From a virus (taxonomy: Duplodnaviria > Caudoviricetes): a stretch of 31,796 nucleotides of DNA. The translations under genes and the position numbers were made by a program. Position 1 is the stretch's first letter. Each line of letters starts with the position of its first letter. This document shows, piece after piece, positions 26,110 to 31,796 of this stretch. The DNA is taken from positions 1 through 31,796 of IMG/VR virus record IMGVR_UViG_3300020468_000037, one strand, 5' to 3'. The notes beneath the pieces are model-generated. The model ran no database searches and had not been told where the DNA came from. It saw only the letters and a program-made list of their open reading frames with translations.

Positions 26110-26436
26110 ATGGGAAGATATATAACAACCACAGGAACAGCAGGTACAGTTGTTAAAGAAGTCAATGCTACGTATCAATCTGTAGTAAATGACAGAATTC
26201 TTTGTACAACTGGCGGGTTCACTATTACACTTCCTCTTTCTACGTCATTGTTAGTTAACGACACCGTTCAGATTATTGATGTGACTGGTGTTGCTAACGC
26301 ACAGAACATTACAGTAGCAAGAAACGGTGCAAAGATACAGAACCTTGCAGAAAATTTAGTGCTAGATGTCAACAACGTTGCAGTAACACTTGTATATACA
26401 GGTGCAACTTACGGTTGGATCATAAGCGGAACGTAA
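26110..26436 (+). CDS. Single-domain tail-fibre connector-like protein (108 aa)
   Basis: FTITLP.....ND.V.IID..G.....NITV.RNG.KI......L.LD......TLVY.....GW resembles the repeated domain of T4-like proximal fibre/gp9-type proteins. Confidence 0.65.
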   Translation: MGRYITTTGTAGTVVKEVNATYQSVVNDRILCTTGGFTITLPLSTSLLVNDTVQIIDVTGVANAQNITVARNGAKIQNLAENLVLDVNNVAVTLVYTGATYGWIISGT

Positions 26437-26457
26437 GAATTAGGAGAAGGAAGTACG

Positions 26458-27189
26458 ATGTCATCATTAAGAGCATTTTTAAGTGACGTAGCACCAGTTA
26501 AGGGTGGAGTCACCCAACAACTTTGGGTCTACAGAAAAGATGATAGCATAGGTAACGGAGGAAGATGTTGCTTATGGACCGTACCGGCTCAAAAAGTAAA
26601 CGCTACATTTGAACTATGGGGCGGCGGCGGAGGCGGCGGTGGCGGATGCTGTTGTCAGTTTCCAAATAGACCAGCCTCTGGTGGAGCATACGCGATAAGA
26701 ACAGTCTCAACAGCGGCAGGTTGCACATATACGGTTTGTGCTGGTGGTTCTACTCAGTGTTGTTGTCACGGATGTTTAGGTGGCGATGGCTTTCCAAGTT
26801 TTGTAACAGGATCAAGTATTCCAACAACGTGTGCACCGGGTGGTTGCGGTGGCAAACAATGTTGCTTTACTGATGCTTACACTTGTCATCCAAGTTTCGT
26901 ATATAGTTGCGGAACAGGTGATTGGGGACTTCCAAGAGTAACTGGAAGTGCAAAAAGATCTCAGTACTGTCACAATCAAATGTGGACATGGACTGGTGGT
27001 ACACCAATATTTGGTGGACAAAGAAAAAGTAAAGACTGGTGTGCAGGTAACTTTACAAACACGGGATCGTGTTTTAGTTGTCTAGCAGAATTCCCAGGCG
27101 GTGGTGGAGGCTCAGGTGCGGCCTGTGGTAATCCATGCTGTTGGGGAGGCTGGGGACAAGCCGGCGCAGTCAAAATATCGTATAGTTAG
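26458..27189 (+). CDS. Cys-rich, Gly-rich tail-fibre-tip-like protein A1
   Basis: 24 Cys in 243 aa by hand count; GGRCCLWTVP..FELWGGGG...CCCQ ... FPGGGG ... G.G.V.I.Y. Confidence 0.7.
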   Translation: MSSLRAFLSDVAPVKGGVTQQLWVYRKDDSIGNGGRCCLWTVPAQKVNATFELWGGGGGGGGGCCCQFPNRPASGGAYAIRTVSTAAGCTYTVCAGGSTQCCCHGCLGGDGFPSFVTGSSIPTTCAPGGCGGKQCCFTDAYTCHPSFVYSCGTGDWGLPRVTGSAKRSQYCHNQMWTWTGGTPIFGGQRKSKDWCAGNFTNTGSCFSCLAEFPGGGGGSGAACGNPCCWGGWGQAGAVKISYS

Positions 27190-27212
27190 AAAGGGAATAG
27201 GAGACTTAAATT

Positions 27213-27905
27213 ATGCCAAATACTATAATTGAAAAAGACTTTACCTATAATATCCCTGATGATTATCTGGCGCAGACTAACAACGACAATAAAACTGCTG
27301 AGGCGACTTTTAAAGGCCCGGATAAGATTTGGATATTTGTAGATAAAGACACAGGCAAGTCTACTAGAAGTAGACTATTGCTTACAGACGAGGAGAATGG
27401 ATCAGAATTTCCAACTCCAGAAGATCAGTTTAAAATCGAAGTTGATTGTGCAACTGATCCTACAATATGTTCTTTATGGGATACAACTGAATGGGAAACT
27501 GTTAAAAATCAATCTCAACTAGTAGTAGATTTGCCAGATGGTACTACTTATGAGAGACCAAACCCAACAGATGTAGATCATACATATGAATTAGATGATT
27601 GTGTTTATAACATGGACGGAACATTGTCAGCAGATGGTACAACTTACACAGGTGGTACTTGGACAATGGCTTGGAAACAACCTTGGAGTTCATGGGATGA
27701 ACTAATCCTAGTAAGAAACAATTTGCTTACTGGATCTGATGCCAAAATTGCAGAAGATATGCCAGAAGCAACAAAGACAGTATGGAAAGAATACAGACAA
27801 AAGTTGAGAGACTTACCTGCTACTTTTAAAAGAGGTACAGCAGAAGAGTTTCCAGCACACATGGTAAACTTTCCAGTAGAACCAGGCGCGGATTTAGGAG
27901 AATAA
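27213..27905 (+). CDS. Phage tail assembly chaperone-domain protein B1
   Basis: C-terminal W..L...RN.LL..SD.....D.P.....W..YRQKLRDLP...FP..P matches the tail-fibre assembly chaperone motif; acidic N-terminal extension. Confidence 0.8.
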   Translation: MPNTIIEKDFTYNIPDDYLAQTNNDNKTAEATFKGPDKIWIFVDKDTGKSTRSRLLLTDEENGSEFPTPEDQFKIEVDCATDPTICSLWDTTEWETVKNQSQLVVDLPDGTTYERPNPTDVDHTYELDDCVYNMDGTLSADGTTYTGGTWTMAWKQPWSSWDELILVRNNLLTGSDAKIAEDMPEATKTVWKEYRQKLRDLPATFKRGTAEEFPAHMVNFPVEPGADLGE

Positions 27906-27906
27906 G

Positions 27907-28647
27907 ATGGCCTCTTTAAGGACATTATTACAGTACGGTACTAGTTCAGCAGGGTCTGATCCATTAAGAAGTTTGAGAGTATATAATACAAGTATTACAA
28001 GTTCAAACAATGGCGGACAATGTTGTCAGTGGACTGCACCTACAGGAGTTACTTGGGTCGCTTTCGAAATTTGGGGAGGCGGTGGACCAGGTGCTGGTGT
28101 ATGTTGTTGCCAACAAGGTTGGGCCGGCGGTAGTGGTTCTTATGCAAGACGTATTATTACAGCGTCAGCAGGTGATCAATTTACTTTATGTGCGGCAGGT
28201 AGTACTTGCTGTCACTCAAGATGTTATCCATGCAGAGGATTTCCTACTTACGTATGTGGACCAGGCGGATTCTGTATGTGTGTATCTGGTGGAGCGGAAA
28301 CGGCTTCTAAATGTTTTTGGAGTCAAGGATGTTCTTACTCAGGATGTCAACAATTTAACTGTGGTTGTGTAAACGGTGGTACATTATCATTCTGTGGTAC
28401 AACAGGTGGCGGACATGGTTCTGCTCACTGTGCCTCTGATATGCACCAGTTTATACCAAGTGCACCTTTAACAGCACCAACTAGAATGTCTAGAAACGGT
28501 TGCTACAAAACACACGGACAAGATCAAGGAGATCACGGTGTGTTCCCAGGAGGTGGTGGTGCATCAGGTGTAACACACAACGAAACTTGTTATTGCGGAG
28601 CGAAAGGAATGGGCGGTTTAGTAACACTTTACTTTGCACACCCATAA
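27907..28647 (+). CDS. Cys-rich, Gly-rich tail-fibre-tip-like protein A2
   Basis: 23 Cys in 246 aa; GGQCCQWTAP..FEIWGGGG..CCCQ. Confidence 0.7.
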   Translation: MASLRTLLQYGTSSAGSDPLRSLRVYNTSITSSNNGGQCCQWTAPTGVTWVAFEIWGGGGPGAGVCCCQQGWAGGSGSYARRIITASAGDQFTLCAAGSTCCHSRCYPCRGFPTYVCGPGGFCMCVSGGAETASKCFWSQGCSYSGCQQFNCGCVNGGTLSFCGTTGGGHGSAHCASDMHQFIPSAPLTAPTRMSRNGCYKTHGQDQGDHGVFPGGGGASGVTHNETCYCGAKGMGGLVTLYFAHP

Positions 28648-28656
28648 GGAGAAGTT

Positions 28657-29379
28657 ATGAGTAGTTTAAGACAATTTTTATTTGGATATGCTGAAGAGAC
28701 AACTGTTCCTCAAGAACTTGCAGTATATAATACATCAACTACTTCTGTAAACAATGGAGGTAGATGTTGTTTATGGACTGTACCTGCAGGAACTAGTTAC
28801 GCAATATTTGAATTATGGGGCGGAGGTGCTTCAGGAGATGGTGCTTGTTGTTGTCAAATGGGATATCCATCAACTTCAGGATCATATGGACAAAAAGCAT
28901 TAACAGTAGAGGCTGGACAACAAATGACAATTTGTGCGGCTGGAACTACTTGTTGTAGACAAAAAGGAAACTGCCAACAAGGTTATGACACCTATGTATG
29001 TAGATCAAGTAACTGGTGTGCAAGAGCCTGTGGTGGTAGAGTTATGCGTACAGAATGTTTCATGTATAGAACGTGTTACTCATGTTGTAGAATGGAATAT
29101 TGTGTACATGGATATTCGGGTATGGACTTTGGTCTAGGTGCTACGCAGGCATCTTCACAGTTAAGTCAATACTGTCATGATAGAGGTAATATGTATGTAA
29201 CACAAAACGTTGCACAAGGATCACCAAGAAACGGACCTAACGGTTGTTGTGCTTGGGGTGGATCACAAGGCTTTGGACTATTTCCAGGTGGTGGCGGAAT
29301 GTCAGCACAGGTATTTGGAGAGCCATGTTGTTGTGGATCACCAGGTGGTGGTGGACTAGTGTACGTGGTGTACTATTAA
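28657..29379 (+). CDS. Cys-rich, Gly-rich tail-fibre-tip-like protein A3
   Basis: 23 Cys in 240 aa; GGRCCLWTVP..FELWGGG..CCCQ; SD AAGGAG. Confidence 0.7.
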   Translation: MSSLRQFLFGYAEETTVPQELAVYNTSTTSVNNGGRCCLWTVPAGTSYAIFELWGGGASGDGACCCQMGYPSTSGSYGQKALTVEAGQQMTICAAGTTCCRQKGNCQQGYDTYVCRSSNWCARACGGRVMRTECFMYRTCYSCCRMEYCVHGYSGMDFGLGATQASSQLSQYCHDRGNMYVTQNVAQGSPRNGPNGCCAWGGSQGFGLFPGGGGMSAQVFGEPCCCGSPGGGGLVYVVYY

Positions 29380-29394
29380 GGATAGGTAAGAGAT

Positions 29395-30342
29395 ATGGCG
29401 TTTAAACAAATTACATTTAACTACCCTAAACCAGATGAGTATCTAGGTCAGTTTGATAACGAACAACTTCAAGGAACACACACTTATGATGGTCCAGAAG
29501 ATATGTGGATTTTCGTTGACAAAGAAACTAAAAAGTTGGCTCCTAGTGCTTACATGGATTACGATGAAGGGTTAGATTTTCAACCAGCACCGCATTTAGA
29601 AAAAGTGTACGTTGATTGTGATGAACATCCTATTATTTGTGCTTTACAAGAATGTGATTTTGAAGATGAAGCATTAGAACAAATTACAGAAACATTACCA
29701 AATGGATCACAATACTTAACTTACAAAGATCCACCACCAGAACACACTTACGAAAAGTTTGACATTGAATATGACTTTGATGCTAAATCTTTTAAGAAAG
29801 TAGCAAGTTCAATAGAAGGTGGACGTGAACATTATCCTTGGAAACAACCTCATGTGAAATGGCCACACGTAAGAAAACACAGAAATTCATTATTAGCGGG
29901 TACTGATCACAAAGTAAAAAGTGATATGCCAACTGAGGTATCAACTGCTTGGGCAACTTTTAGACAAGAATTAAGAGACCTTCCTGTAAAATATGGAGAC
30001 AGTTTTGATGCAGAAATTACAGCGGCTGGTTCAGGTTATTCAGTTGATGACGAATTAAGTTTTGCAAAAGCAGATATAGGTGATTATATTACTGCTGATG
30101 CAATGAAAGTTACTGTCACAACAGTTGATGGTAGTGGTGCTATAACAGGTATTAAACTATCAAGCAACCAAGCAATAAATGACGGTAACGACATTGTTAT
30201 AGGTAGAGAAGCAAAAGAATATGCAGACGCTACTTATACTACTTCAAGTGCAGGTACTGGTGCTAAATTTAAAATACATAAGTGCCAAAGATATGCGGCT
30301 TGGAAAGTTCTTTATCCTAGTTCCCCTTGCGGAACAATTTAA
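29395..30342 (+). CDS. Phage tail assembly chaperone-domain protein B2 with extra inserted domain
   Basis: WPHVRKHRNSLLAGTD....DMP.....WATFRQELRDLP; N-terminus collinear with 27213. Confidence 0.78.
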   Translation: MAFKQITFNYPKPDEYLGQFDNEQLQGTHTYDGPEDMWIFVDKETKKLAPSAYMDYDEGLDFQPAPHLEKVYVDCDEHPIICALQECDFEDEALEQITETLPNGSQYLTYKDPPPEHTYEKFDIEYDFDAKSFKKVASSIEGGREHYPWKQPHVKWPHVRKHRNSLLAGTDHKVKSDMPTEVSTAWATFRQELRDLPVKYGDSFDAEITAAGSGYSVDDELSFAKADIGDYITADAMKVTVTTVDGSGAITGIKLSSNQAINDGNDIVIGREAKEYADATYTTSSAGTGAKFKIHKCQRYAAWKVLYPSSPCGTI

Positions 30343-30360
30343 TAAAAAATAAGTAAATTC

Positions 30361-30384
30361 AAAAGGCGCTACGGCGCCTTTTTT
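30361..30384 (+). terminator. Rho-independent terminator
   Basis: AAAAGGCGC-TACG-GCGCCTTTTTT (cUACGg tetraloop). Confidence 0.9.
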
Positions 30385-30388
30385 ATTC

Positions 30389-30396
30389 TGTAAATA
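30389..30396 (+). promoter_or_regulatory. T4-late-like promoter TGTAAATA
   Basis: TAAATA core just after the terminator, 5 nt before the ATG; same geometry as 974-987. Confidence 0.55.
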
Positions 30397-30401
30397 TCTG
30401 T

Positions 30402-31214
30402 ATGCAAACAGAAGAAAGACCACCGGTACGATTTGCTGGCTTACAGATGCCTGTAACACAGGAAATAGAAAAGAACAAACAGGTAATTTTAGACTGTTTA
30501 GATTGGTGTAAAGAAAATGAAGTAAATTGGTTGATCACTCCTGAAGGATCTCTTACAGGATATTTTCCTAATTTTGATTTAGTAGCAAAGGACGGAGTGA
30601 CTGGAATACAGTCAGCCGCAACAGAACTAGTTGCTAAAGCACAAGGTTTACAAATTGGTTTAGCATTAGGCACACTTTGGGTAGACGTAGAACATAGAGG
30701 CGCAATAAGAAAAAATCAAATAAGATATTATGACCCTGAAGGATTATTTTTAGGTGCAACAAACAAACAATACATAGTAGGTGGCATGGATAGTCCTAGC
30801 AGTAGTTGGGACCAAGTATTAGCAGATCCTCCTGGAACAATTAAAACACATTATTGCAACGGTATTAGAACAACCGGAATGATATGTAATGATTTTTGGG
30901 GAAATGGATTTAGATTTAATGCTCCGTCTTTACCAATGTTAGCAAGTATGAACGGTGTTGAGTTGATATTGCATAGCACAAATGGTGATAGAGGCAACGA
31001 TCAAGATGAGATTTGGATGGAATGGCATGACATACATTTAAGAATGATGAGTCTACAGTATAGAATACCTATTATTACAGTTGACAGTTGTTGTGACAAG
31101 TACGGTAATAGGCACGATTTACCTACAAGCAGTCCTAGTGGAGTAGTAATTAACGGCAAATGGGAAGTACAAATGCCAAGAACCGGAACTCAGATGTTCT
31201 ACTGGGATTTCTAA
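30402..31214 (+). CDS. Carbon-nitrogen hydrolase (nitrilase/amidase superfamily)
   Basis: E-K-C triad motifs in order: LITPEG, ATNKQY, GMICNDFW; N-terminal FAGLQM; C-terminal SPSGVV. Confidence 0.85.
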   Translation: MQTEERPPVRFAGLQMPVTQEIEKNKQVILDCLDWCKENEVNWLITPEGSLTGYFPNFDLVAKDGVTGIQSAATELVAKAQGLQIGLALGTLWVDVEHRGAIRKNQIRYYDPEGLFLGATNKQYIVGGMDSPSSSWDQVLADPPGTIKTHYCNGIRTTGMICNDFWGNGFRFNAPSLPMLASMNGVELILHSTNGDRGNDQDEIWMEWHDIHLRMMSLQYRIPIITVDSCCDKYGNRHDLPTSSPSGVVINGKWEVQMPRTGTQMFYWDF

Positions 31215-31246
31215 ATAAGTATCTATATCAAAGGAAATATTAACAA

Positions 31247-31796
31247 ATGACAGAAAAAAGAAATACAGCAATTTTTATTAATGGTGGAGCAGGAAGGACA
31301 ATCTCAAGTATTCCAGCATTAGAAAAATTTAAAGAAGAAAATCCAGATGATGATTTTGTTATAGTATGTGAAGGTGGAACAGATTTTTATAAAGGACATC
31401 CAGATCTTTTTAACAGGACATATGATGTTTGGCACAAAAATTTATTCCAAGATAAATTAAAAGATAGAAATTTATTAACACCTGAACCATATAGAGTATG
31501 GGAATATTATAATCAAAAATGTAACCTTCATGAAGCATATGACATTGCAATTAATAACAAAGGTGTAAGAGAACTTCCTAAACCTACAATTAAATTATCA
31601 ATGCAAGAAAAAATGACAGGTAAAAAACTTATTGATGAAGTAAAAGCAAAAACTGGAAAAGATAAAATTATTGTATTCCAATCCTTTGGTAGAGGTACAA
31701 TTAATGACAATGGCATCATAGGAGATCCATCAGGTAGAAGTTTTGAAGCAGAGAACACTGTCAATCTTGTTAACAAACTTTCTAAACACTTTGGTG
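31247..31796 (+). CDS. GT-B glycosyltransferase, GT9/heptosyltransferase-like (3'-truncated; absent from ORF track)
   Basis: Open from ATG 31247 to the window end: MTEKRNTAIFINGGAGRTISSIPALEKFKEENPDDDFVIV...KGHP...PKPTIKL...KIIVFQSFG...RSF. The pattern resembles the GT9 N-terminal G.G....P.L..L....P and second-domain I...P/S motifs. Confidence 0.6.
   Translation, partial: MTEKRNTAIFINGGAGRTISSIPALEKFKEENPDDDFVIVCEGGTDFYKGHPDLFNRTYDVWHKNLFQDKLKDRNLLTPEPYRVWEYYNQKCNLHEAYDIAINNKGVRELPKPTIKLSMQEKMTGKKLIDEVKAKTGKDKIIVFQSFGRGTINDNGIIGDPSGRSFEAENTVNLVNKLSKHFG

Noticed and set aside
26620-26646. GGC-rich run as a phase-variation tract
   Set aside because: It is an interrupted in-frame poly-Gly that belongs to the conserved WGGGG motif. 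Slippage would not shift the frame.
26458-29379. Diversity-generating retroelement or invertible cassette acting on the Cys-rich paralogues
   Set aside because: No reverse transcriptase, adenine-specific TR/VR pair, invertase or inverted repeats were seen in the window.
31210-31217. TCTAAATA as a further late promoter for the glycosyltransferase
   Set aside because: It is formed partly by the stop codon and is a weaker match. Possible, but not distinguishable from chance.
1283-31776. Many minus-strand ORFs (e.g. 1384-2058, 10493-10969, 25244-25693, 31528-31776) and short alternate-frame plus ORFs
   Set aside because: They are shadows of long + strand genes with biased codons, with no recognisable motifs or expression signals.
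1-31796. Stop-codon reassignment or selenocysteine (no TGA stops among the complete genes)
   Set aside because: All genes read fully in the standard code, Trp is TGG, and no gene is broken by TGA or TAG. TAA dominance is expected at low GC.

Overview
This is a low-GC segment of a large T4-like (gp23-type) myophage, probably aquatic, with every real gene on the + strand. It starts in the 3' end of the major capsid gene and its terminator. Next comes a ~230-nt GC-richer, multi-stem candidate ncRNA with its own sigma70-type promoter. About 29 kb of virion fibre/baseplate-appendage genes follow, driven by T4-late-like (N)ATAAATA promoters. This block is built from paralogue families: four giant beta-helix-like proteins (two collinear pairs decorated with LamG, CBM5/12-like, cupredoxin-like, Asp-box and E1-FCCH-like inserts), three ~105-aa adaptors, a duplicated pair flanking a gp9/gp10-like protein, and three ~10%-cysteine Gly-rich proteins with two tail-assembly chaperones. 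The window ends with a nitrilase-family hydrolase and a truncated GT9-like glycosyltransferase. The most interesting signals are the Cys-rich trio with its chaperones and modifying enzymes, the orphan structured RNA, two late-gene leaders sharing a motif, and the apparent complete avoidance of GCWGC and AGCT. All protein-family calls come from motif recognition by eye; no database searches were run.
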